A stretch of 64,000 nucleotides of DNA from Eledone cirrhosa (Eukaryota), in the NCBI GenBank assembly GCA_964016885.1, contig OZ024764.1:4402001-4466000 (forward strand). The letters are read 5' to 3'. Under the pieces are notes generated by a model that worked only from the letters and a program-made list of their open reading frames with translations, had not been told where the DNA came from and ran no database searches. The stretch's first letter is position 1. Every line of letters starts with the position of its first letter. A program made the translations under genes and the position numbers. Below are positions 51,243 through 64,000 of the stretch, one piece after another.

Positions 51243-54200
51243 CTGTACACCCCTTCATAGAGCCTCACACACAGAGGTTGGTAACAAAGGCCCCCAGCCC
51301 TTCATAGAACCTAACACACAGAGGTCGGTAACAAAGGCCCCCAGCCCTTCATAGAACCTAACACACAGAGGTCGGTAACAAAGGCCCCCAGCCCTTCATA
51401 GAACCTAACACACAGAGGTCGGTAACAAAGGCCCCCAGCCCTTCATAGAACCTAACACACAGAGGTCGGTAACAAAGGCCCCCAGCCCTTCATAGAACCT
51501 AACACACAGAGGTCGGTAACAAAGGCCCCCAGCCCTTCATAGAACCTAACACACAGAGGTCGGTAACAAAGGCCCCCAGCCCTTCATAGAACCTCACACA
51601 CAGAGGTTGGTAACAAAGGCCCCCAGCCCTTCATAGAACCTAACACACAGAGGTTGTAACGAAGGCCCCCAGCCCTTCATAGAACCTAACACACAGAGGT
51701 TGGTAACGAAGGCCCCAGCCCTTCATAGAACCTCACATACAGAGGTTGGTAACAAAGGCCTCCAGCCCTTCATAGAGCCTCACACACAGAGGTTGGTAAC
51801 AAAGGCCCCCAGCCCTTCATAGAACCTAACACACAGAGGTCGGTAACAAAGGCCCCCAGCCCTTCATAGAACCTAACACACAGAGGTCGGTAACAAAGGC
51901 CCCCAGCCCTTCATAGAACCTAACACACAGAGGTCGGTAACAAAGGCCCCCAGCCCTTTATAGAACCTAACACACAGAGGTCGGTAACAAAGGCCCCCAG
52001 CCCTTCATAGAACCTCACACACAGAGGTTGGTAACAAAGGCCCCCAGCCCTTCATAGAACCTAACACACAGAGGTTGTAACAAAGGCCCCCAGCCCTTCA
52101 TAGAACCTAACACACAGAGGTTGGTAACGAAGGCCCCAGCCCTTCATAGAACCTCACATACAGAGGTTGGTAACAAAGGCCCCCAGCCCTTCATAGAACC
52201 TAACACACAGAGGTTGGTAACAAAGGCCCCCAGCCCTTCATAGAACCTCACACACAGAGTTTGGTAACAAAGGCCCCCAGCCCTTCATATAACCTCACAT
52301 ACAGAGGTTGGTAACAAAGGCCCCCAGCCCTTCATAGAACCTCACACACAGAGGTTGGTAACAAAGGCCCCCAGCCATTCATACAACCTCACACACAGAG
52401 GTTGGTAACAAAGGCCCCCAGCCCTTCATAGAACCTAACACACAGAGGTTGTAACAAAGGCCCCCAGCCCTTCATAGAACCTCACATACAGAGGTTGGTA
52501 ACAAAGGCCCCCAGCCCTTCATAGAACCTCACACACAGAGGTTGGTAACAAAGGCCCCCAGCCCTTCATACAACCTCACACACAGAGGTTGGTAACAAAG
52601 GCCCCCAGCCCTTCATAGAACCTCACACACAGAGGTTGGTAACAAAGGCCCCCAGCCCTTCATACAACTTCACACACAGAGGTTGGTAACAAAGGCCTCC
52701 AGCCCTTCATAGAACCTCACACACAGAGGTCGGTAACAAAGGCCCCCAGCCCTTCATAGAACCTCACACACAGAGGTCGGTAACAAAGGCCCCCAGCCCT
52801 TCATAGAACCTAACACACAGAGGTTGGTAACAAAGGCCCCCAGCCCTTCATAGAGCCTCACACACAGAGGTCGGTAACGAAGGCCCCCAGCCCTTCATAG
52901 AACCTAACACACAGAAGTCGGTAACGAAGGCCCCAGAGATAACCCCCTCCAAGTCTGAACACAGCCAATCAACTGAGTACTTAGCTGTGCTCTCAGGTAT
53001 TATTGGTCCTGTACACCCCTTCATAGAACCTAACACACAGAGGTCGGTAACAAAGGCCCCCAGCCCTTCATAGAGCCTCACACACAGGTCGGTAATGGAG
53101 GCCCCAAAGATAACCCCCTCCAAGTCTGAACACAGCCCATCAACTGAGTACTTAGCTGTGCTCTCAGGTATTATTGGTCCTGTACACCCCTTCATAGAGC
53201 CTCACACACAGAGGTTGGTAACAAAGGCCCCCAGCCTTTCATAGAACCTAACACACAGAGGTCGGTAACAAAGGCCCCCAGCCCTTCATAGAACCTAACA
53301 CACAGAGGTCGGTAACAAAGGCCCCCAGCCCTTCATAGAACCTAACACACAGAGGTCGGTAACAAAGGCCCCCAGCCCTTCATAGAACCTAACACACAGA
53401 GGTCGGTAACAAAGGCCCCCAGCCCTTCATAGAACCTAACACACAGAGGTCGGTAACAAAGGCCCCCAGCCCTTCATAGAACCTAACACACAGAGGTCGG
53501 TAACAAAGGCCCCCAGCCCTTCATAGAACCTAACACACAGAGGTCGGTAACAAAGGCCCCCAGCCCTTCATAGAACCTCACACACAGAGGTTGGTAACAA
53601 AGGCCCCCAGCCCTTCATAGAACCTAACACACAGAGGTTGTAACGAAGGCCCCCAGCCCTTCATAGAACCTAACACACAGAGGTTGGTAACGAAGGCCCC
53701 AGCCCTTCATAGAACCTCACATACAGAGGTTGGTAACAAAGGCCTCCAGCCCTTCATAGAGCCTCACACACAGAGGTTGGTAACAAAGGCCCCCAGCCCT
53801 TCATAGAACCTAACACACAGAGGTCGGTAACAAAGGCCCCCAGCCCTTCATAGAACCTAACACACAGAGGTCGGTAACAAAGGCCCCCAGCCCTTTATAG
53901 AACCTAACACACAGAGGTCGGTAACAAAGGCCCCCAGCCCTTTATAGAACCTAACACACAGAGGTCGGTAACAAAGGCCCCCAGCCCTTCATAGAACCTC
54001 ACACACAGAGGTTGGTAACAAAGGCCCCCAGCCCTTCATAGAACCTAACACACAGAGGTTGTAACAAAGGCCCCCAGCCCTTCATAGAACCTAACACACA
54101 GAGGTTGGTAACGAAGGCCCCAGCCCTTCATAGAACCTCACATACAGAGGTTGGTAACAAAGGCCCCCAGCCCTTCATAGAACCTAACACACAGAGGTTG

Positions 54201-57200
54201 GTAACAAAGGCCCCCAGCCCTTCATAGAACCTCACACACAGAGTTTGGTAACAAAGGCCCCCAGCCCTTCATATAACCTCACATACAGAGGTTGGTAACA
54301 AAGGCCCCCAGCCCTTCATAGAACCTCACACACAGAGGTTGGTAACAAAGGCCCCCAGCCCTTCATACAACCTCACACACAGCGGTTGGTAACAAAGGCC
54401 CCCAGCCCTTCATAGAACCTAACACACAGAGGTTGTAACAAAGGCCCCCAGCCCTTCATAGAACCTCACATACAGAGGTTGGTAACAAAGGCCCCCAGCC
54501 CTTCATAGAACCTCACACACAGAGGTTGGTAACAAAGGCCCCCAGCCCTTCATACAACCTCACACACAGAGGTTGGTAACAAAGGCCCCCAGCCCTTCAT
54601 AGAACCTCACACACAGAGGTTGGTAACAAAGGCCCCCAGCCCTTCATACAACTTCACACACAGAGGTTGGTAACAAAGGCCTCCAGCCCTTCATAGAACC
54701 TCACACACAGAGGTCGGTAACAAAGGCCCCCAGCCCTTCATAGAACCTCACACACAGAGGTCGGTAACAAAGGCCCCCAGCCCTTCATAGAACCTAACAC
54801 ACAGAGGTTGGTAACAAAGGCCCCCAGCCCTTCATAGAGCCTCACACACAGAGGTCGGTAACGAAGGCCCCCAGCCCTTCATAGAACCTAACACACAGAA
54901 GTCGGTAACGAAGGCCCCAGAGATAACCCCCTCCAAGTCTGAACACAGCCAATCAACTGAGTACTTAGCTGTGCTCTCAGGTATTATTGGTCCTGTACAC
55001 CCCTTCATAGAACCTAACACACAGAGGTCGGTAACAAAGGCCCCCAGCCCTTCATAGAGCCTCACACACAGGTCGGTAATGGAGGCCCCAAAGATAACCC
55101 CCTCCAAGTCTGAACACAGCCCATCAACTGAGTACTTAGCTATGCTCTCAGGTATTATTGGTCCTGTACACCCCTTCATAGAACCTCACATACAGAGGTT
55201 GGTAACAAAGGCCCCCAGCCCTTCATAGAACCTAACACACAGAGGTCGGTAACAAAGGCCCCAGAGATAACCCCCTCCAAGTCTGAACACAGCCCATCAA
55301 CTGAGTACTTAGCTGTGCTCTCAGGTATTATTGCCCTGTACACCCCTTCATAGAACCTAACACACAGAGGTCGGTAACAAAGGCCCCCAGCCCTTCATAG
55401 AACCTAACACACAGAGGTCGGTAACAAAGGCCCCCAGCCCTTCATAGAACCTAACACACAGAGGTCGGTAACAAAGGCCCCCAGCCCTTCATAGAACCTC
55501 ACACACAGAGGTTGGTAACAAAGGCCCCCAGCCCTTCATAGAACCTAACACACAGAGGTTGTAACAAAGGCCCCCAGCCCTTCATAGAACCTAACACACA
55601 GAGGTTGGTAACGAAGGCCCCAGCCCTTCATCGAACCTCACATACAGAGGTTGGTAACAAAGGCCTCCAGCCCTTCATAGAGCCTCACACACAGAGGTTG
55701 GTAACAAAGGCCCCCAGCCCTTCATAGAACCTAACACGCAGAGGTCGGTAACAAAGGCCCCCAGCCCTTCATAGAACCTAACACACAGAGGTCGGTAACA
55801 AAGGCCCCCAGCCCTTCATAGAACCTCACACACAGAGGTTGGTAACAAAGGCCCCCAGCCCTTCATAGAACCTAACACACAGAGGTTGTAACAAAGGCCC
55901 CCAGCCCTTCATAGAACCTAACACACAGAGTTTGGTAACAAAGGCCCCCAGCCCTTCATATAACCTCACATACAGAGGTTGGTAACAAAGGCCCCCAGCC
56001 CTTCATAGAACCTCACACACAGAGGTTGGTAACAAAGGCCCCCAGCCCTTCATAGAACCTAACACACAGAGGTTGTAACAAAGGCCCCCAGCCCTTCATA
56101 CAACCTCACACACAGAGGTTGGTAACAAAGGCCCCCAGCCCTTCATAGAACCTAACACACAGAGGTTGTAACAAAGGCCCCCAGCCCTTCATAGAACCTC
56201 ACATACAGAGGTCGGTAACAAAGGCCCCCAGCCCTTCATAGAACCTCACACACAGAGGTTGGTAACAAAGGCCCCCAGCCCTTCATAGAACCTAACACAC
56301 AGAGGTTGTAACAAAGGCCCCCAGCCCTTCATAGAACCTCACATACAGAGGTTGGTAACAAAGGCCCCCAGCCCTTCATAGAACCTCACACACAGAGGTT
56401 GGTAACAAAGGCCCCCAGCCCTTCATACAACCTCACACACAGAGGTTGGTAACAAAGGCCCCCAGCCCTTCATAGAACCTCACACACAGAGGTTGGTAAC
56501 AAAGGCCCCCAGCCCTTCATACAACTTCACACACAGAGGTTGGTAACAAAGGCCTCCAGCCCTTCATAGAACCTCACACACAGAGGTCGGTAACAAAGGC
56601 CCCCAGCCCTTCATAGAACCTAACACACAGAGGTTGGTAACAAAGGCCCCCAGCCCTTCATAGAGCCTCACACACAGAGGTCGGTAACAAAGGCCCCCCC
56701 CAGCCCTTCATAGAACCTAACACACAGAGGTTGGTAACAAAGGCCCCCAGCCCTTCATAGAGCCTCACACACAGAGGTCGGTAACGAAGGCCCCCAGCCC
56801 TTCATAGAACCTAACACACAGAAGTCGGTAACGAAAGCCCCAGAGATAACCCCCTCCAAGTCTGAACACAGCCAATCAACTGAGTACTTAGCTGTGCTCT
56901 CAGGTATTATTGGTCCTGTACACCCCTTCATAGAACCTAACACACAGAGGTCGGTAACAAAGGCCCCCAGCCCTTCATAGAGCCTCACACACAGGTCGGT
57001 AACGGAGGCCCCAAAGATAAACCCCCTCCAAGTCTGAACACAGCCCATCAACTGAGTACTTAGCTGTGCTCTCAGGTATTATTGGTCCTGTACACCCCTT
57101 CATAGAACCTAACACACAGAGGTCGGTAACAAAGGCCCCAGAGATAACCCCCTCCAAGTCTGAACACAGCCCATCAACTGAGTACTTAGCTGTGCTCTCA

Positions 57201-59110
57201 GGTATTATTTGTCCTGTACACCCCTTCATAGAACCTAACACACAGAGGTCGGTAACAAAGGCCCCCAGCCCTTCATAGAACCTAACACACAGAGGTCGGT
57301 AACAAAGGCCCCCAGCCCTTCATAGAACCTAACACACAGAAGTCGGTAACAAAGGCCCCCAGCCCTTCATAGAACCTCACACACAGAGGTTGGTAACAAA
57401 GGCCCCCAGCCCTTCATAGAACCTCACACACAGAGGTTGGTAACAAAGGCCCCAGCCCTTCATAGAACCTCACATAGAGGTTGGTAACAAAGGCCCCCAG
57501 CCCTTCATAGAACCTCACACACAGAGGTTGGTAACAAAGGCCCCAGAGATCCTGCACACCCCTTCATAGAACCTCACACACAGAGGTTGGTTACAAAGGC
57601 CCCCAGCCCTTCATAGAACCTCACACACAGAGGTTGGTAACAAAGGCCCCCAGCCCTTCATAGAACCTAACACACAGAGGTTGTAACAAAGGCCCCCAGC
57701 CCTTCATAGAACCTCACACACAGAGGTTGGTAACAAAGGCCCCCAGCCCTTCATAGAACCTAACACACAGAGGTTGGTAACAAAGGCCCCCAGCCCTTCA
57801 TAGAACCTCACACACAGAGGTTGGTAACAAAGGCCCCCAGCCCTTCATACAACCTCACACACAGAGGTTGGTAACAAAGGCCCCCAGCCCTTCATAGAAC
57901 CTCACACACAGAGGTTGGTAACAAAGGCCCCCAGCCCTTCATAGAACCTCACACACAGAGGTTGGTAACAAAGGCCCCCAGCCCTTCATAGAACCTAACA
58001 CACAGAGGTTGGTAACAAAGGCCTCCAGCCCTTCATATAACCTCACATACAGAGGTTGGTAACAAAGGCCCCCAGCCCTTCATAGAACCTCACACACAGA
58101 GGTTGGTAACAAAGGCCTCCAGCCCTTCATATAACCTCACATACAGAGGTTGGTAACAAAGGCCCCCAGCCCTTCATAGAACCTCACACACAGAGGTTGG
58201 TAACAAAGGCCTCCAGCCCTTCATAGAACCTCACACACAGAGGTTGGTAACAAAGGCCCCCAGCCCTTCATACAACCTCACACACAGAGGTTGGTAACAA
58301 AGGCCTCCAGCCCTTCATAGAACCTCACACACAGAGGTCGGTAACAAAGGCTCCCAGCCCTTCATAGAACCTCACACACAGAGGTTGGTAACAAAGGCCC
58401 CCAGCCCTTCATAGAGCCTCACACACAGAGGTCGGTAACAAAGGCCCCCAGCCCTTCATAGAACCTAACACACAGAGGTTGGTAACAAAGGCCCCCAGCA
58501 CTTCATAGAGCCTCACACACAGAGGTTGGTAACAAAGGCCCCCAGCCCTTCATAGAACCTAACACACACAGAGGTCGGTAACAAAGGCCCCCAGCCCTTC
58601 ATAGAGCCTCACACACAGGTCGGTAACGGAGGCCCCAAAGATAACCCCCTCCAAGTCTGAACACAGCCCATCAACTGAGTACTTAGCTGTGCTCTCAGGT
58701 ATTATTGGTCCTGTACACCCCTTCATAGAACCTCACATACAGAGGTTGGTAACAAAGGCCCCCAGCCCTTCATAGAACCTAACACACAGAGGTCGGTAAC
58801 AAAGGCCCCAGAGATAACCCCTTCCAAGTCTGAACACAGCTCATCAACTGAGTACTTAGCTGTGCTCTCAGGTATTATTGGTCCTGTACACCCCTTCATA
58901 GAGCCTCACACACAGAGGTTGGTAACGAAGGCCCCCAGCCCTTCATAGAACCTAACACACAGAGGTCGGTAACGAAGGCCCCAGAGATAGCCCCCTCCAA
59001 GTCTGAACACAGCCATTCAACTGAGTACTTAGCTGTGCTCTCAGGTATTATTGGTCCTGCACAACCCTTTCATAGAGCCTCACACTCATATATAGGTCGG
59101 TAACGAAGGG
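51190..59110. repeat. ~8 kb 47-bp satellite with interspersed ~85-bp second unit and ~1.98-kb higher-order repeat
   Basis: Unit ggcccccagcccttcatagaacctaacacacagaggtcggtaacaaa; near-identical variant blocks at 52848, 54832 (+1984), 56755. Confidence 0.95.
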
Positions 59111-59471
59111 CTGAATAGGTATGTGTCATCTGCTCCATGACATGGCTGACAATTCTCAGCCTTTGTGTTAATATTGCTTCACGTCACACTGCCCTTCATA
59201 GAAAGCCACACACTCCCAGAGGTCGGTGACCAAGACTTTAATGCACACATGACAATCACAGAATGATGTGGTTCAAAATCCTCAGCTACTGAGTTAACAT
59301 CGTTTGATGTCACACTGCTTCTTAATAAAGAGCCTCACACACACATGTAGGTCTGTAAGCAAGGTCATTAACCCTTTAGCATCTACATTACACTATATAT
59401 ACTATTGTATTTTCACAGTAAAGGCTTTATCTCACATAATATCTCACATAATATTTACATTACTCTATATA

Positions 59472-60363
59472 CAGGGTGCGGACGATATTTGTTCACAAGT
59501 TTACTGTCTAGGAAAAAATAAGACAGTAGTTTTATTTTTTAAGATTTATTTATCAAACTTGGGTCAGTTTGTCTTCATGACTTGTTCTTTCGATCTGACT
59601 CGATAAACTTGCCATTGGCTTTGATGACGGCCTCAAGGTGGCCTCGGAACCGGCTACAGGCCTTTGTCACTGTCCCCCGACTTAGGCCCCTAAAGGCACT
59701 TGTGATCCTGGCCTTCAGATCATCTTTCGTATTGCAGCTAGATCTGTTGGTGTCTCGTTCCACTGCGCCCCACACAAAGAAGTCGAGAGGGTTGCAGTCA
59801 GGCGAGCTGGGAGGCCAGATGTCAGGTGAAGTGTGGTCGACGAAGTTCTCTGACAGCCAGGCTTGGGTCTTTCGGCTGGTATGGCAGGGCGCTGAGTCTT
59901 GCTGCCACACGTACAGCCTACCTGCAGCTACCTGGTCGATCCAGGGCTTTACTACCTCACTCAGAACGCGGATGTAGCCATCGGTGTTCAGCTTGAGGCC
60001 CTCAGGGAAGAAGTGAGGTGGCATGACGTCACCTTGACTGCTGACGATACCTAAGACTAATGTTGTCGCTGGAAACTTTGTCTGCATGACTCTGGGCACG
60101 TCTTTGGATGAGACACCATTCTCCTGCTGACGCTTAGAAAGTCTGAAATTTCCTTATTTGTCCTCCCGGCGCGGATTCCAAGAAGAACTCCGTGTCTCTT
60201 CCACAAATTTGGAGGTTCAAAATTATTTATAATCAATTATTCTGAAAATAAATAATGGAAATATAGTCACTGTTTTTATGAAGACAAGAGTGACAACAGA
60301 AGTAAAAAAAATTTGCATAAAATTAGCAGTTGAAAATTACGAACAAATATCGTCCACACCCTG
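59472..60363 (-). mobile_element. Tc1/mariner DD37D (maT-type) element, internally deleted
   Basis: TIR CAGGGTG(C/T)GGACGATATTTGTTC with TA flanks; ORF 59575-60099 WQQD-37aa-D (WPPSSPDCNPLDF); N-terminal half missing. Confidence 0.9.
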
Positions 60364-60954
60364 TATATGTATATATATATATATATATACACACCCCAAA
60401 AATTTTTTTTTCTCTACACGCCACCCACACCCACAACACGCTTAAACCCCACACACACGTGCTTCCCACCACATATTTACACCCTCAGCCTCCTGATTCC
60501 TCTCCCCCCCCCACCCCCTATCCACACACGCACAGACACTCCGACCCACAAAAACACCCCCCACACACACCTCTTCCTGAACATGCAACCCCGTTCTTCC
60601 CCCAACCCTTACTTTCACATACACACACACACACACGCACACCTACACACACCTACACACACACACCACCTTCAGCCCTCCCCGCTCGGACACCCCGTCT
60701 CCCTCTCCCCACTCCACCTGCCACCACCTCTACTCACCCCACACCCTTCCACCACCTGTTTACCCCCCTTTTAATTTCAGTTTATTTTGATCATGCCTTT
60801 ATTTTTAAATGTTCTCATTCCTTGTATTTTGATCATGCCTTTATTTTTATTTTTTATCTTTATTTGTTATTATTTCATTCGCACCGTTTCCTTTCGCTAT
60901 ATGTCTCTCCACCACTCCCCTACACACCTTTTGAACTCTGTTCCCACACACTTC

Positions 60955-60992
60955 TCACCTGAGGAAGGGCTTATGCCCGAAACGTCGACCCC
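60955..60992 (+). ncRNA. Penelope-type minimal hammerhead motif
   Basis: CTGAGGA-A-GGGC-TTAT-GCCC-GAAAC-GTC, followed by AATAAA (~61025) and (TA)n; stem I weak. Confidence 0.5.
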
Positions 60993-61119
60993 CACCTACC
61001 CCCCACTCTCCTGAGCGTGAAATTAATAAACATTCGTTGTACTGCCTCTCTGTTTTGTCCCTGTTCAAATTTTTCCATTATATATATATATATATATATA
61101 TATTTATACCTTCTCTGTA

Positions 61120-61470
61120 TATATAGTGACAGGTAATGCCCTAGTTTATTCATAAACACCAATTTCCTCTCTCCATTGTTCAAATCAAGTTTAATGCAGT
61201 GGACACACCTTGATCTCCACACCTTCTTCATGTCACAGTAGCCTTGAGGTCAAACCTGTTCAGGGCTGGTGCTACCATTGAAGACAACTTATTGAGCTGG
61301 TGTTTGGAACATAACTTAACAAAGGTTCTTACATAATATTATAATTGTTTCTACATTTGGCACAAGGCCAGCAATCACCCAGTACATTACTGGTACTTTA
61401 TTTTATCGACCCCCCCCCCCCCACCGTAAGGATGAAAGGCAAAGTTAACCTTGGCGGGATTTGAACTCAG
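61120..61470 (+). repeat. Near-identical duplicate of 8224-8582
   Basis: ~360 bp direct copy ~53 kb apart, including unique-looking and SINE B parts. Confidence 0.9.
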
Positions 61471-62199
61471 AATGGCAAGGGCCGTAACTCTATGCGTCAA
61501 AGCATGGCGTCTGACCCTCTACCGGTACTGCCTTTCCACCATGGAAGGTTTTTAGATAAATATAAACACTTTAACCCTTTCATTACCATATTTCTAATGA
61601 AAGACACTGTTGGTGTTTGGAACATAACTTAACAAAGGTTCTTAAAATATTCCAATGTTATTACAATATTCCAGCAACTGACTAGAGTTACCTAGAGCAC
61701 ATTACTGAACCTTAACCCTTTAGCATTTACATTATATAAACTATTGTATTTTCACAGTAAAGTCTTTACCTCACATAATATCTCACATAACATTTACATT
61801 ACTCTATATATACTATTGTATTTTCACAGTAAAGGCTTTACCTCACATAATATCTCACATAACATTTACATTACTCTATATATACTATTGTATTTTCACA
61901 GTAAAGGCTTTACCTCACATAATTATCCCACATAACATCTACATTACTCTATATATACTATTGTATTTTCACAGTAAAGGCTTTACCTCACATAATATCT
62001 CACATAACATTTACATTACTCTATATATACTATTGTATTTTCACAGTAAAGGCTTTACCTCACATAATTATCCCACATAACATCTACATTACTCTATATA
62101 TACTATTGTATTTTCACAGTAAAGGCTTTACCTCACATAATATCTCACATAACATTTACATTACTCTATATATACTATTGTATTTTCACAGTAAATTTT

Positions 62200-63300
62200 C
62201 ACATGTGATGAGTTGAGAGAGAAGAGGGATAAGTTGTAGTGTGTGGGAGAGAAGGCTGAGATGGTATGGACATGTGATGTGTTGAGAGAGAAACTGTGTA
62301 TAAGAGGGATAAGTTGTAGTGTGTGGGAGAGAAGTCTGAGATGGTATGGACATGTGATGTGTTGAGAGAGAAACTGGGTATAAGAGGGATAAACTGTAGT
62401 GTGTGGGAGAGAAGACTGAGATGGTATGGACATGTGATGTGTTGAGAGAGAAACTGGGTATAAGAGGGATAAACTGTAGTGTGCGGGAGAGAAGACTGAG
62501 ATGGTATGGACATGTGATGTGTTGAGAGAGAAACTGGGTATAAGAGGGATAAACTGTAGTGTGTGGGAGAGAAGACTGAGATGGTATGGACATGTGATGT
62601 GTTGAGAGAGAAACTGTGTATAAGAGGGATAAGTTGTAGTGTGTGGGAGAGAAGACTGAGATGGTATGGACATGTGATGTGGAGAGAGAGAAACTGGGTA
62701 TAAGAGGGATAAGTTGTAGTGTGTGGGAGAGAAGTCTGAGATGGTATGGACATGTGATGTGTTGAGAGAGAAACTGGGTATAAGAGGGATAAACTGTAGT
62801 GTGTGGGAGAGAAGACTGAGATGGTATGGACATGTGATGTGTTGAGAGAGAAACTGGGTATAAGAGGGATAAACTGTAGTGTGCGGGAGAGAAGACTGAG
62901 ATGGTATGGACATGTGATGTGTTGAGAGAGAAACTGGGTATAAGAGGGATAAGTTGTGGTGTGTGGGAGAGAAGACTGAGATGGTATGGGCATGTGATGT
63001 GTTGAGAGAGAAACTGTATTAGAGGGATAAGTTGTAGTGTGTGGGAGAGAAGACTGAGATGGTATGGACATGTGATGTGTTGAGAGAGAAACTGGGTATA
63101 AGAGGGATAAACTGTAGTGTGTGGGAGAGAAGACTGAGATGGTATGGGCATGTGATGTGTTGAGAGAGAAACTGTATTAGAGGGATAAGTTGTAGTGTGT
63201 GGGAGAGAAGACTGAGATGGTATGGACATGTGATGTGTATAAGAGGGATAAGTTGTAGTGTGTGGGAGAGAAGACTGAGATGGTATGGACATGTGATGCA
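62200..63300 (+). repeat. 80-bp tandem minisatellite (~14 copies) amplified from RTE ORF segment
   Basis: catgtgatgt at 62271, 62351...; unit encodes LGIRGI.CSV.ERRLRWYGHVM. Confidence 0.92.
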
Positions 63301-63530
63301 CATGGAAGATGATCACTGGGTAAAGAAGTGCCAAGAAATCCCAGTAGAAGGAAGACACAGTAGAGGAAGACCACGTAAAACATGGGTGGAGGTGGTGAGA
63401 GCAGACCACAGATTGCTGAAGCTTACAGAGAAGATGACGAAGAACGGTGACAAGTGGAGAGATGCTGTACTGAATAGGACCCGTCCCACCCTTGAATGCA
63501 GGGACAAGCGGACGTAAAATAATGATGATA
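63240..63530 (+). mobile_element. RTE LINE 3' end
   Basis: RLRWYGHVMHMEDDHWVKKC..GRPRKTW..WRDAV, then GGACGTAAAA(TGA)n tail. Confidence 0.85.
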
Positions 63531-64000
63531 AAAGCACTGTCGGCAGCACAAAGCTTTTCTACATGTACAGCTTGATCCTGGTCCTTGGTTTGTGACATAC
63601 CAAGGCTAAATTATACGTATGGTTCAATGCTAGCTTGGTGTTTATGGCTTGCTGCTCCTCCTAACGCTGGCCACTTGACACCATGTGTCAGGAGGGCACC
63701 CCTAGGACAATCCCACAGTGTTAAGTGTTCTTTGCTTTACCGTTTCTTAGAATCGATATTAGCAGAAGCCAAGCCAGACTGCAATATGACATATACAGTA
63801 ATTTGGCTGTGACCCTGGAGGTCAACTGACAAAAACTGGGAAAGGTCGTATTACAGTTTGATGATGGTGGTAGTGGTGGTAGTGGTGGTATGGTGGTGGT
63901 GATGGTGGTATGGTGGTGGTGGTAGTGATGGTGGTATGGTGGTGGTAGTGGTATGGTGGTATGGTGGTGGTAGTGATGGTGGTGGTGGTGGTGGTGGTGG

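Noticed and set aside
51190-59110. CRISPR-like repeat/spacer appearance
   Set aside because: Units are contiguous, intervening segments are near-identical rather than unique spacers, no cas genes, eukaryotic context
62161-63598. Long minus-strand ORFs (250-470 aa)
   Set aside because: Antisense read-through of the 80-bp RTE-derived tandem

Overview
Repeat-dominated, AT-rich eukaryotic (animal) genomic DNA, most likely a cephalopod such as Octopus. This is inferred from the SINE/LINE repertoire and the dense (TA)n/(GGT)n/(CAT)n microsatellites. Almost all ORFs in the supplied track are microsatellite or antisense artefacts. The only confidently recognised host gene piece is the first coding exon of an ACAD10-like gene (minus strand, 1655-1874). 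There is also a candidate TATA-driven first exon on the plus strand (~40250-40413) and a few weak candidate exons. The rest consists of RTE, CR1/L2 and L1/Tx1 LINE fragments, two SINE families, Tc1/mariner elements (internally deleted mariner, DD37D/maT, MITE), a non-autonomous Helitron, and many minisatellites, several born from LINE 3' ends. An ~8 kb 47-bp satellite has higher-order structure. The most striking signal is a set of about 14 intact or decayed minimal hammerhead-ribozyme motifs (CTGANGA-stem II-GAAA-short palindromic stem III-NUH) from several distinct repeat families. These include a 310-bp head-to-tail array with one ribozyme per unit (retrozyme/circRNA-like, 12829-13788), a pair of dispersed copies with compensatory stem I changes, and foldback inverted repeats centred on or beside the ribozyme (Penelope-like). 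All motif calls were made by eye, and coordinates of degenerate repeats are approximate.
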